A stretch of DNA of 64,000 bases from Defluviicoccus sp. Lineage in GTDB: Bacteria > Pseudomonadota > Alphaproteobacteria > MPNO01. Shown here piece by piece: positions 45,995-54,916 of this stretch. Both the position numbers and the translations under genes were made by a program. The stretch lies in assembly GCA_028821395.1 (NCBI GenBank), contig JAPPGP010000044.1, forward strand, positions 6,196-70,195, given 5' to 3'. Under the pieces are notes generated by a model that did no database searches, was not told the DNA's origin, and was given only the letters and a program-made list of their open reading frames with translations. Positions within the stretch are counted from its first letter, which is position 1, and each line of letters opens with the position of its first letter.

Positions 45995-47068
45995 CTATTC
46001 GGCGGCGATCGCCGCTCCCGCTTGCGCCCGCTCGGCCGCGATCTTGCGGTCGATCATGGCGCGCGCGGCGATGCCGCCCGCGTCCTGGTTGGTCTCGATC
46101 GTCGGACGGTCGTCCCAGTTCTCCTCCTGCAGGTCGAAGACCTCCCAGTCCTGGTGGAAGGCCTGCCAGATCTGCTTGTACTGCATCTCGACGAAATCGG
46201 GCTCGATCGGCTTGCCGGGGACCTGGTAGGCGTTGGACCAGAAGTAGTGCGTCGAGGTCGCGGTCTCCGGCGTGACGAAGTTGAGATTGTGGAAGCCGAA
46301 CCCGTTGGCGGGCACGTCGCGCTCCAGCTCGGTATGGCCGAACTCCTTGCCGCCGGCCGCCCCGGGCGCCGCGCCGGTGAACAGCCGCACCGCGCCCGGC
46401 ATGCGGAACTCGATGATCTGCCAGCGGTCGACGATGGTCTCTTCCGGCCAGTCGCACATCTTCTGATAGGTCGGCGGCGGGTTCTGGCCGACGGTCCAGC
46501 GCGCCACGGTCACCGAGTCCTCGTCCTTCAGGGTCTTGAGGACGGCGTGCTCGGCCACCGCCGCGTTGCCGATCGTCGAGCGGTGCACGAAGGCCAGATG
46601 GGAGAGGTCGAGCAGGTTGTCGATGACCAGCCTGTAGTTGCCGTTGACGTGGAAATAGGTGCCCTTGTCGCCCCAGTCCTCGGCGCTCTTCCACGGGTAG
46701 GGGACGATCAGGCTCTCGTCGGCCAGTGCCGGATCGCCCATCCAGATCCAGATCCAGTTGTATTTCTGGACCACCGGGTAGGCCCGCACCTGCGCGCCCG
46801 GCGGGATCGTGGTCTGTCCCGGCACGTGGATGCACTTTCCGGTGACGTCGAACTGGAGCCCGTGATAGTGGCAGGACAGGACATTGCCCTCGACGCTGCC
46901 CTTCCTGAGCGGCATGCGGCGATGGCAGCAGCGGTCCTCGAACGCCACCGGGTCGCCATCTTCGGTGCGCCAGAAGGCGATCTTCTCGTTGCAGATCGTG
47001 CGGCCAAAGGGCTGGCGCGTGATCTCGTGCGGCTCGGCGGCCACATACCAGCTGTTTTGCAGGAACAT
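45995..47068 (-). CDS. Rieske non-heme iron oxygenase, VanA-family alpha subunit (paralog 3)
   Basis: 357 aa: MFLQNSWYVAAE..., CCHRRMPLRKG...CHYHGL, DNLLDLSHLAFVH. Confidence 0.9.
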   Translation of the reverse strand: MFLQNSWYVAAEPHEITRQPFGRTICNEKIAFWRTEDGDPVAFEDRCCHRRMPLRKGSVEGNVLSCHYHGLQFDVTGKCIHVPGQTTIPPGAQVRAYPVVQKYNWIWIWMGDPALADESLIVPYPWKSAEDWGDKGTYFHVNGNYRLVIDNLLDLSHLAFVHRSTIGNAAVAEHAVLKTLKDEDSVTVARWTVGQNPPPTYQKMCDWPEETIVDRWQIIEFRMPGAVRLFTGAAPGAAGGKEFGHTELERDVPANGFGFHNLNFVTPETATSTHYFWSNAYQVPGKPIEPDFVEMQYKQIWQAFHQDWEVFDLQEENWDDRPTIETNQDAGGIAARAMIDRKIAAERAQAGAAIAAE

Positions 47069-47215
47069 TTCGGAGCTCCGTCGTTCGTGCGTATTTCCGT
47101 CCGGTGAAGCGGGGATTATTCGCCATCGCCGGGTCTCAAGTCAATCTCGGCGCGCGATGCCGGGCGGGCTATAGTCGGGGCGGACAGCGAAACCGAACCC
47201 CCGAGGGAGGCCGCC

Positions 47216-47608
47216 ATGCAGAACCGCGCGATGTATCCGGAAACCATCCACCCGCCGATCGGCGCCTATGCGCACGCCATCGAGGTCCCGGACTCGGCCA
47301 AGGTGATGTTCATCGCCGGCCAGGTGGGGATCGACGTCGACGGCAACGTCCCGGCCGACTTCGCCGCCCAGGCGGAGCTCGCCTGGCAGAACCTGATGGC
47401 GATCCTGGAGTTCAACGGGATGCGCATGAAGGACGTCGTCAAGATCACCCATTTCCTGACCGACGCGGCGGATCTCCCAGCCTATAACGAGGTCAGGGCC
47501 AAGTATCTCGGCGAGGAGCGGCCGGCCTCGACCCTGTTGATCGTCGCCGGCCTCGCCCGCCCGGACCTGCTGGTCGAAGTCGAGATGGTGGCGGCGATCC
47601 AGCGCTAG
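47216..47608 (+). CDS. ridA: RidA/YjgF/UK114-family reactive-intermediate (enamine/imine) deaminase
   Basis: 130 aa after GAGGGAGG. Motifs: PPIGAYAHAI, FIAGQVG, DVVKITHFL and LLVEVEMVA. Confidence 0.9.
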   Translation: MQNRAMYPETIHPPIGAYAHAIEVPDSAKVMFIAGQVGIDVDGNVPADFAAQAELAWQNLMAILEFNGMRMKDVVKITHFLTDAADLPAYNEVRAKYLGEERPASTLLIVAGLARPDLLVEVEMVAAIQR

Positions 47609-47670
47609 GGTCCGCTCCCTGAAGCTCCTATCCGCCTCCGCCGCGGCCCCGCCGCGTCATCGCCGGACTT

Positions 47671-47697
47671 GCCCCGGACCACAGTCCGGGGCTTGTT
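47671..47697 (+). terminator. Hairpin with a short T-rich tail downstream of ridA; also part of the REP-like repeat family
   Basis: GCCCCGGAC (47671-47679), loop CACA, GTCCGGGGC (47684-47692), then TTGTT. The U-tract is weak. Confidence 0.35.
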
Positions 47698-47794
47698 CCG
47701 GCCATCCACGCTGCGCATCGGATTCGTCACGACCGCCCGAGGGAGATCCCCGGAACGTGTCCCGGCATGACGGCCTGGGGGAATAGCCGAGGCG

Positions 47795-47826
47795 GTCGGT
47801 CCGACCCGCTGTCGGTCCGACCCGCT
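47795..47826. repeat. Perfect 2 x 16-bp tandem direct repeat upstream of the metZ leader
   Basis: GTCGGTCCGACCCGCT occurs at 47795-47810 and again at 47811-47826. Each unit contains the palindrome GGTCCGACC. The second unit runs into CTTGAC (47825-47830). Confidence 0.7.
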
Positions 47827-47865
47827 TGACGGGGCAACCCCGATCGATGACACTCGGGCCCGTGG

Positions 47866-47918
47866 TGATTTGGCCCGACCGGCTTGCGGCCACGTAAAAC
47901 AACCAGCTAAAAGGTCGG
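47866..47918 (+). promoter_or_regulatory. SAM-II-like riboswitch aptamer (H-type pseudoknot) in the metZ leader
   Basis: TGATTTGGCCCGACCGGCTTGCGGCCACGTAAAACAACCAGCTAAAAGGTCGG. P1 is TGGCC (47871-75) with GGCCA (47888-92). Loop CGACC (47876-80) can pair with the 3' GGTCG (47913-17). The GAUUU, GCUUGC and GCUAAAA blocks match my recollection of the SAM-II consensus. It lies upstream of a methionine-biosynthesis gene. Confidence 0.6.
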
Positions 47919-47927
47919 AGGCGCGAT

Positions 47928-47960
47928 ACCCCCGACTTTCCGGTCGGGGGTTTTGTTTTG
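47928..47960 (+). terminator. Rho-independent terminator between the riboswitch-like element and the metZ start
   Basis: Stem CCCCCGAC (47929-36) with GTCGGGGG (47943-50), loop TTTCCG, followed by TTTTGTTTTG (47951-60). Confidence 0.7.
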
Positions 47961-47979
47961 CGCGCTGGGGAGCAGGAAG

Positions 47980-49176
47980 ATGGACGCTCACGTCCGACGG
48001 GAAGAGAATTGGCGACCGCAGACCAGGCTGGTCCGCGGCGGGTTGCGGCGCTCGGCGTTCTGCGAGACGTCGGAGGCGATATACGCGACATCGGGCTTCG
48101 TCTACGACGCCGCCGAGGAGGCCGAGGACGCGTTCGCCAACCGGGTCGACCGCTACATCTACTCGCGCTACGACAACCCGACGGTCGGCATGTTCGAGGA
48201 CCGCCTGCGCCTGATCGAGGGCGCCGAGGCGTGCCGGGCTACGGCGTCCGGCATGGCGGCGGTGTTCGCCTCGCTGGCCTGCATGGTCGAGGCGGGCGAC
48301 CACGTCGTCGGCGCACGCGCGCTGTTCGGCTCGTGCCTCTACATCCTGACCGACATCCTGCCCCGGCTGGGGGTGGAGACGACCATCGTCGAGAGCCCCG
48401 ACACCGACGCCTGGGCGGCCGCGCTGAACCGGCCGACCCGCGCGGTTTTCCTGGAATCGCCGTCGAATCCCGGGCTCGACATCTTCGACATAAGGGCGAT
48501 CTCGGAGCTCGCCCACGATGCCGGGGCGATGGTGATCATCGACAACGTGTTCGCGACGCCGCTGCTCCAGCGCCCGCTCGAGCTCGGCGCCGACATCGTG
48601 GCCTATTCGGCGACCAAGCATATCGACGGGCAGGGCCGCTGCCTCGGCGGCGCGGTGCTCGGCAGCGAGGAGTACTGCATGGGCACGCTGAAGACCTTCA
48701 TGCGCCACACCGGCCCCTCGATGAGCCCGTTCAACGCCTGGGTGCTGCTCAAGGGGCTGGAGACCCTGCAGCTTCGCCTGGACCGGCACTGCCGGTCCGC
48801 GCTCGACATCGCGACCGCGCTGGCCGCCCGCGGCGATCTGGTGCGGGTGCTCTATCCCGGTCTGGAGAGCCACCCCCAGCACGCCTTGGCCAAGGCGCAG
48901 ATGTCCGGTTTCGGCAGCGTCGTCACCATCGACATCGACGGCGGCAAGGAGCGCGCCTTCCGCTTCATGAACGGGCTCGGGCTGCTCGACATCTCCAACA
49001 ACCTGGGCGACGCCAAGAGCCTGGTCACGCATCCGGCGACGACCACCCACCAGCGCCTGTCGCCGGCGGAGCGCGAGAGCCTCGGCATCACCGACGGTCT
49101 GGTGCGGCTCTCCATCGGGCTCGAGGACCAAGCGGATCTGCTCGACGATATCGCCGGCGCGCTCGATCGCGCATAA
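47980..49176 (+). CDS. metZ: O-succinylhomoserine sulfhydrylase (PLP-dependent Cys/Met metabolism family)
   Basis: 398 aa from ATG 47980 after GGGGAGCAGGA. Motifs: YSRYDNPT and the PLP lysine in YSATKHIDGQG. The apaG neighbour is typical for metZ. Confidence 0.85.
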   Translation: MDAHVRREENWRPQTRLVRGGLRRSAFCETSEAIYATSGFVYDAAEEAEDAFANRVDRYIYSRYDNPTVGMFEDRLRLIEGAEACRATASGMAAVFASLACMVEAGDHVVGARALFGSCLYILTDILPRLGVETTIVESPDTDAWAAALNRPTRAVFLESPSNPGLDIFDIRAISELAHDAGAMVIIDNVFATPLLQRPLELGADIVAYSATKHIDGQGRCLGGAVLGSEEYCMGTLKTFMRHTGPSMSPFNAWVLLKGLETLQLRLDRHCRSALDIATALAARGDLVRVLYPGLESHPQHALAKAQMSGFGSVVTIDIDGGKERAFRFMNGLGLLDISNNLGDAKSLVTHPATTTHQRLSPAERESLGITDGLVRLSIGLEDQADLLDDIAGALDRA

Positions 49177-49269
49177 TGGACCGGACGGCGCGAGATTGAA
49201 GGCCCGGCCCGTGCGACCTACATTCCGGGGGCCGCCGGCCGGCGGTTCGAGGGGAGCCAGGGAGTCTCC

Positions 49270-49662
49270 ATGTACACAGCCACTACCCGGGCGATCCGCG
49301 TTTCCGTCGAGCCGATCTATCTCGACCAGCAATCCTCGCCGGCCGATGCGCATTACGTCTGGGCGTATCACGTCAAAATCAGCAACGAGGGCGAGGCGAC
49401 GGTGCAGCTGCTGACCCGCCACTGGCGCATCACCGACGGGCTCGGCAGGGTCCAGGAGGTGCGCGGCGCGGGCGTGGTCGGCGAGCAGCCGGTGCTGGCA
49501 CCCGGCGAGACCTACGAATACACCTCCGGCACGCCGCTGCCGACGCCGTCGGGGATCATGCTCGGCAGCTACGGCATGAAGGGCGAGAACGGCGAACGCT
49601 TCGATATCGAGATCCCCGCCTTCTCGCTCGACTGCCCCGACGAGCCGAAGCAACTCAACTAG
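49270..49662 (+). CDS. apaG: ApaG (DUF525) protein
   Basis: 130 aa: [16 protein letters not shown]....[13 protein letters not shown]...[13 protein letters not shown]...[18 protein letters not shown]. Confidence 0.9.
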   Translation: MYTATTRAIRVSVEPIYLDQQSSPADAHYVWAYHVKISNEGEATVQLLTRHWRITDGLGRVQEVRGAGVVGEQPVLAPGETYEYTSGTPLPTPSGIMLGSYGMKGENGERFDIEIPAFSLDCPDEPKQLN

Positions 49663-49703
49663 CTGGGCGCCGCGCCCGCGACAGCAACGGGAAACGCATA
49701 GCA

Positions 49704-50342
49704 GTGTCGACACACCGAAGCCCGCTTACCGCGGTCGAACCGCTCCTCGACCGTCCCGCCTTCGAGGAGGCCGCAGAGGCCGTCCGCACGCTGATCCGCT
49801 GGGCCGGCGACGATCCGGCCCGCGAGGGGTTGAGCGAGACGCCGGCCCGCGTGGTGCGCGCCTTCGACGAGTGGTTCTCCGGCTACCGCGAGGACCCGTC
49901 GCAGATGCTCGCCAAGACCTTCGAGGAGACCGACGGGTATGACGAGATGGTGGTGCTGCGCAACATCCGCTTCACCTCCCATTGCGAGCATCACATGGCG
50001 CCGATCGTCGGCCGCGCCCATATCGGCTACCTGCCGACCCGGCGGGTGGTGGGCATCTCCAAGCTCGCCCGGCTGGTCGAGGTCTATGCCAAGCGGCTGC
50101 AGATCCAGGAGAAGATGACCGCCCAGATCGCCAACGCCATCAACGACGTGCTGGAGCCGCAAGGCGCGGCGGTGGTGATCGAGGCGACCCATCAATGCAT
50201 GACGACGCGCGGCGTGGACAAGCCCGGCTCGACGCTGATCACCAGCCAGATGACCGGCGCGTTCCGCGACGACGCCTCGACCCGGCGCGAGTTCCTGTCG
50301 GCCATCGGCAACCCCCAGATGGGACAGGTCTGGTCGGCCTAG
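49704..50342 (+). CDS. folE: GTP cyclohydrolase I
   Basis: 212 aa with a GTG start. Motifs: [31 protein letters not shown] and HQCMTTRG. Confidence 0.95.
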   Translation: MSTHRSPLTAVEPLLDRPAFEEAAEAVRTLIRWAGDDPAREGLSETPARVVRAFDEWFSGYREDPSQMLAKTFEETDGYDEMVVLRNIRFTSHCEHHMAPIVGRAHIGYLPTRRVVGISKLARLVEVYAKRLQIQEKMTAQIANAINDVLEPQGAAVVIEATHQCMTTRGVDKPGSTLITSQMTGAFRDDASTRREFLSAIGNPQMGQVWSA

Positions 50343-50400
50343 GGCACGGTCAGCCGGGGGCAGGGCGGCCCCGGACCGGGTCGCAGGCAAGGACGATGAC

Positions 50401-51849
50401 GTGGTCGACTTCCGTCCCATCTTCTTCGTCATCGGGATACTGCTGACCACGCTGGCCGTGGCGATGCTGGTGCCGATGGCGGCGGACCTGGTCGACGGTC
50501 ACCGCGACTGGCAGGTGTTCGCGGGCGCCGGCGGGCTCACCCTCTTCGTCGGCGTCGCCATGGTGCTGACCGCCCGCGCCCCGCGCTTCTCCCTCAATAT
50601 CCGCCAGGCATTCCTGCTGACCGCGGGAAGCTGGGTGGCGCTGACGATGTTCGCCGCGCTCCCCTTCGCCTTTTCCGAGATGCGGCTCAGCTATACCGAC
50701 GCCTTCTTCGAGGCGATGTCCGGGATCACCACCACCGGATCGACGGTGATCACCGGGCTCGACGAGGCGCCGTCGGGGATCCTCCTGTGGCGCGCCCTGC
50801 TCCAGTGGCTGGGCGGGATCGGCATCATCGTCATGGCGGTCGCCATCATGCCGATGCTGCAGATCGGCGGCATGCAGCTCTTCCACACCGAGTCCTCGGA
50901 CCGCTCGGACAAGGTGATGCCGCGGATGACCCAGATCGCGAGCGGGATCGGGCTCACCTATCTGGGTCTCACCGTCGTCTGCGTGCTGCTGCTCATCGCC
51001 GTCGGCGTCGGCGGCTTCGACGCCGTGGTGCATGCGATGACGACGATCGCGACCGGCGGGTTCTCGACCTCCGATTCCTCGGTCGGCGGTCTCGGCAATG
51101 CCGCCGCCGAGGCCATCATCATCCTGTTCATGATCGTGGGCTCGCTGCCCTTCGTGCTCTATCTGCGGGCGATCGGGGGTCAGCCCTGGGCGCTGTTCAA
51201 CGACATCCAGGTCCGCACGTTTCTCTGCATCGTGCTCGTCATCGTCGCGGCCATGGCGGCCTGGCGCGCCCATTCGGGCGGCGTAACCGTCGTCGACGCC
51301 ATCCGCACGGCGAGCTTCAACGTCGTCTCGATCATCACCGGCACCGGCTACAGCACGACGGGCTATGACGGCTGGGGCGCGTTTGCGGCAGCGACCTTCT
51401 TCTTCATCATGTTCATCGGCGGCTGCGCCGGATCCACCACATGCGGAATCAAGATTTTCCGCTTCCAGGTGCTCTACGTCACCGCGCAGGCGCAGCTGCG
51501 CCGGCTGATCCGGCCGCACGGCGTGTTCGTGCCGCACTTCAACCGGCGGCCCATCGATCAGGACGTGGCGAGCTCGGTGATGAGCTTCTTCTTCCTGTTC
51601 GTCGTGTCCTTCGGCGCACTCGCGCTCGCCTTGGGCGCGCTCGGCCTCGACTTCATCACCGCGGTCTCGGGCGCGGCGACGGCGATCTGCAATGTCGGCC
51701 CGGCGCTGGGCGAAACCATCGGGCCGTCGGGCAATTTCGGACCGCTGCCCGACGCCGCGAAATGGGTGCTGGCCGCCGGCATGTTGCTCGGCCGCCTGGA
51801 GCTATTTACCATCCTGGTCCTGTTCACGCCGTCCTTCTGGAGGAGCTAG
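50401..51849 (+). CDS. trkH: Trk-type potassium uptake protein TrkH
   Basis: 482-aa polytopic protein with a GTG start. It has TrkH selectivity-filter-like repeats (ITTTGST, TIATGGFS, ITGTGYS, GGCAGSTTCG). Confidence 0.9.
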   Translation: MVDFRPIFFVIGILLTTLAVAMLVPMAADLVDGHRDWQVFAGAGGLTLFVGVAMVLTARAPRFSLNIRQAFLLTAGSWVALTMFAALPFAFSEMRLSYTDAFFEAMSGITTTGSTVITGLDEAPSGILLWRALLQWLGGIGIIVMAVAIMPMLQIGGMQLFHTESSDRSDKVMPRMTQIASGIGLTYLGLTVVCVLLLIAVGVGGFDAVVHAMTTIATGGFSTSDSSVGGLGNAAAEAIIILFMIVGSLPFVLYLRAIGGQPWALFNDIQVRTFLCIVLVIVAAMAAWRAHSGGVTVVDAIRTASFNVVSIITGTGYSTTGYDGWGAFAAATFFFIMFIGGCAGSTTCGIKIFRFQVLYVTAQAQLRRLIRPHGVFVPHFNRRPIDQDVASSVMSFFFLFVVSFGALALALGALGLDFITAVSGAATAICNVGPALGETIGPSGNFGPLPDAAKWVLAAGMLLGRLELFTILVLFTPSFWRS

Positions 51850-51852
51850 AGC

Positions 51853-53031
51853 GTGCCCGCCCCAGGCCGCGCCGCGCAGCACGCGATGAGCGACGTCGAG
51901 GCGATCGGCTGGCTGGTCGGTTTCGACACCACGTCGGCCAAGCCCAACAAGCCGCTGATCGACGCCGTCGCCGGCTATCTCGCCGGCCACGGCGCCTCGG
52001 TTCGCCAGGTGCCGGACGAGACCGGCGACAAGGCCAATCTGTTCGCCACCTTCGGCCCGCCGGAGCCTGGCGGCATCGTGCTGTCCGGCCACTCCGACGT
52101 GGTCCCGGTGGACGGCCAGCCCTGGACCGGCGATCCGTTCGCGATGGTCGAGCGCGAGGGCCGGCTGTACGGCCGCGGCACCGCCGACATGAAGGGGTTC
52201 ATCGGCTGCGCGCTCGCGCTGGCGCCCCGGCTGGGCGCCGCCCGGCTGGCCCGGCCGGTCCATATCGCGCTGTCGCACGACGAGGAGGTGGGCTGCATCG
52301 GGGTCCGCTCCCTGATCGCGCTGATCGGCAGGGAGCTGCCGAGACCCGCCTTTGCCATCGTCGGCGAGCCCACCGACATGCGCGTGGTCAACGCCCACAA
52401 GGGCATCTCCCAGCAGCACACCGTCGTGCTGGGCCGAGACGGGCATTCGAGCCGCCCCGCCGAAGGGGTGAATGCGATCCTGTTCGCGGCCGAATATATC
52501 CGCGAGATCGAAGCGGTGATCGGCGCGCTGCCCAGCGACGGGCCCGCCGCATCGTTCGAGCCGCCCGGCACGACCTTCAACATCGGCCGGATCGGCGGCG
52601 GCGCGGCGGTCAACATCATCGCCCGGCAGTGCGATTTTCGCTGGGAGATGCGCCCGACCCCCGATGTCGACCCCGCCCGGGTGCTCGCCCGGCTCGGCGC
52701 CTTCGCCGAGGACGCGCTGATGCCGCGCATGCGGGCGGTCGATCCCGAGGCCCATATCCGCACCACCGTCGAGGCCGCCGCGCCCACGCTGGGGGCGTCC
52801 CCGGGCTCCGAAGCCGAGGCGTTCGCGCTCCGCCTCAGCGGCCAGAACCGGCCGTCGACCGCACCCTATGTCTGCGAGGCCGGGTTGTTCGCCCAGGCCG
52901 GCGTGCCGTCGATCGTCTGCGGCCCGGGGAGCGTGAGCGAGGCCCACCAGCCGGACGAGTTCGTGCGCCTCGACCAGATCGCGGCGTGCAGCGCCTTCCT
53001 CGGACGGGTCGTCGATTCCGTCAGCCTATAG
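51853..53031 (+). CDS. argE: Acetylornithine deacetylase (M20 family)
   Basis: 392 aa from GTG 51853; ATG 51886 is an alternative start. Motifs: LSGHSDVVPV, GRGTADMKGF, HDEEVG and GEPT. Confidence 0.75.
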   Translation: MPAPGRAAQHAMSDVEAIGWLVGFDTTSAKPNKPLIDAVAGYLAGHGASVRQVPDETGDKANLFATFGPPEPGGIVLSGHSDVVPVDGQPWTGDPFAMVEREGRLYGRGTADMKGFIGCALALAPRLGAARLARPVHIALSHDEEVGCIGVRSLIALIGRELPRPAFAIVGEPTDMRVVNAHKGISQQHTVVLGRDGHSSRPAEGVNAILFAAEYIREIEAVIGALPSDGPAASFEPPGTTFNIGRIGGGAAVNIIARQCDFRWEMRPTPDVDPARVLARLGAFAEDALMPRMRAVDPEAHIRTTVEAAAPTLGASPGSEAEAFALRLSGQNRPSTAPYVCEAGLFAQAGVPSIVCGPGSVSEAHQPDEFVRLDQIAACSAFLGRVVDSVSL

Positions 53032-53039
53032 CCCGACGG

Positions 53040-54008
53040 TCAATTGGTCAGGTAGATCCGGTCGATGTCGCTGCCGTCGAACGCGTAGCGGGCGCCGCAG
53101 AACTCGCAGGTGACGACGACCTCGCCGTCGAGCTCCAGATCCTCGATTTCGGCGCGCGGAAAGGAGCGCAGCGTGGCCTCCACCCGGTCGCGCGAGCAGC
53201 GGCAGCCATGCGCCAGCGCGTGGGGCTCGAACACCCGCACGCCGTCCTCGTGGAACAGGCGGTAGAGCAGGTCGTGCGGATGCAGCCGGTCGTCGACGAG
53301 CTCCGCCGCGGTGCAGGAAGCCATCAGCACCACCGCGCGGCGCCAGCTCTCCTCCAGCTCTTCGTCCGGGGCCTCGCCGGAGAGCCGCGCCGGCCCGGCA
53401 TCCGGCAGGCGCTGCATCATCATGCCGCCGGCGCGCCAGGCGCCGCTCGGCCCCGTCGGCGCGACCGCCAGCTTGAACGCCGCCTGGTTCTGGTCGGATT
53501 CCCGGAAGTGGCGGCGGGCGCAGTCGGCGAGCGAGCCGCCGCGGAGCTCGACAATGCCCTGGTAGCGCTCGACCTCGGGGCCGCGGTCGATGGTGAAGGC
53601 GAGATAGCCGTCGCCCAGCAGGCACGGCACCGGTGAGTTCCGCCAGTCCCCGGCGGAGGCCCGGGCGAGGGTTGCCCGATCGAAGGCGGCACAGGCGCGG
53701 ATCTCGCCCGCCGACGTGGCGTCGGCGACCAGCATGCTGACCGGGCCGTCGCCCTTCACCTGGACGGTCAGCACCCCGTCGTATTTGAGCGCCGAGGAAA
53801 CCAGCGCGGCAAGCACCGCGAGCTCGCCCAGCAGCGTCGCCACCGGCGCCGGATAGTCGCGTCGCGAGACGATCCTGTCGACCGTCCCGCCGAGCCGCAC
53901 CAGCTTGCCGCGGGCCGCCTGGCTCTCGATCTGGAACGGCAGCACGATGTCGTTGCCGACCAGCGGTAACGGTCCGGCTTCCTCCGAAGGCGTTCCGTCG
54001 CCGGTCAT
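53040..54008 (-). CDS. hslO: Hsp33 redox-regulated chaperone
   Basis: 322 aa from ATG 54008, which overlaps the argF stop (ATGA). The C-terminal zinc centre is CRCSRDRV...CEFCGARY. Confidence 0.9.
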   Translation of the reverse strand: MTGDGTPSEEAGPLPLVGNDIVLPFQIESQAARGKLVRLGGTVDRIVSRRDYPAPVATLLGELAVLAALVSSALKYDGVLTVQVKGDGPVSMLVADATSAGEIRACAAFDRATLARASAGDWRNSPVPCLLGDGYLAFTIDRGPEVERYQGIVELRGGSLADCARRHFRESDQNQAAFKLAVAPTGPSGAWRAGGMMMQRLPDAGPARLSGEAPDEELEESWRRAVVLMASCTAAELVDDRLHPHDLLYRLFHEDGVRVFEPHALAHGCRCSRDRVEATLRSFPRAEIEDLELDGEVVVTCEFCGARYAFDGSDIDRIYLTN

Positions 54009-54916
54009 TCGAGACACCACAGAAGGATCGCCTTCTGCGCGTGCATGCGGTTCTCCGCCTCGTCCCAGACCACCGATTGCGGCCCGTCGATGACGCCCGC
54101 CGTCACCTCCTCGCCGCGATGGGCGGGCAGGCAGTGCATGAAGATCGCATCCGGCTTGGCCAGCGACATCAGGCGCTCGTCGACCCGGAACGGCGCGAGG
54201 ACGTTGTGCCGGCGGTCCGCGGCGTCGTCGCCCATCGACACCCAGGTGTCGGTCACCACGCAATCCGCGCCGCGCACCGCCTCGCAGGGATCTTCGGTGA
54301 GCGCGACCCGCCCGCCATTGCGTTCCGCCCGTTCGACGATCGCGGCGGGCGGCGCCAGCACCGGCGGGCAGGCGAGGCGGAGCTCGAAGTTGAACGCCGC
54401 CGCCGCCTCGATCCAGGAGCAGGCCACGTTGTTGCCGTCGCCCGACCAGGCGACGACCCGATCCTCGATCGGCCCGCGATGCTCCTCGAAGGTCATCACG
54501 TCGGCCATCAGCTGGCAGGGATGCGAGCGGCCGGTGAGCCCGTTGATCACCGGCACCGTCGCGTGCTCGGCGAGGGCGGCGAGCGTGTCGGCCTCGAAGG
54601 TGCGGATCATGATCGCATCGACATAGCGCGACAGCACCCGCGCGGTGTCCGCGATGGTCTCGCCCCGGCCGATCTGCATGTCGTTCGGGTTCAGTACCAT
54701 GACATTGCCGCCGAGGCTCGTCATCGCCACCTCGAAGGACACCCGGGTCCGCGTGGACGGCTTTTCGAAGATCAGCGCCAGCATGCGCCCGGCGAGCGGG
54801 GCCGGATCGTCCAGCGCGCCCGGGTCGGCCTTGAGCGTCAGCGAGCGGTCGATCAACCGCCGCAACACGGCGGGCTCGTTCTCCGCAAGGTCGAGAAAAT
54901 GCCGCGGCCGGCTCAT
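54005..54916 (-). CDS. argF: Ornithine carbamoyltransferase
   Basis: 303 aa from ATG 54916, which overlaps the argD stop. Motifs: [17 protein letters not shown] and [10 protein letters not shown]. Confidence 0.95.
   Translation of the reverse strand: MSRPRHFLDLAENEPAVLRRLIDRSLTLKADPGALDDPAPLAGRMLALIFEKPSTRTRVSFEVAMTSLGGNVMVLNPNDMQIGRGETIADTARVLSRYVDAIMIRTFEADTLAALAEHATVPVINGLTGRSHPCQLMADVMTFEEHRGPIEDRVVAWSGDGNNVACSWIEAAAAFNFELRLACPPVLAPPAAIVERAERNGGRVALTEDPCEAVRGADCVVTDTWVSMGDDAADRRHNVLAPFRVDERLMSLAKPDAIFMHCLPAHRGEEVTAGVIDGPQSVVWDEAENRMHAQKAILLWCLE

Noticed and set aside
47605-49713. 702-aa minus-strand ORF covering the metZ leader, metZ and apaG
   Set aside because: It is antisense to metZ (PLP lysine motif present) and apaG, and it runs through the riboswitch-like element and terminator. 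This is a GC-frame artefact.
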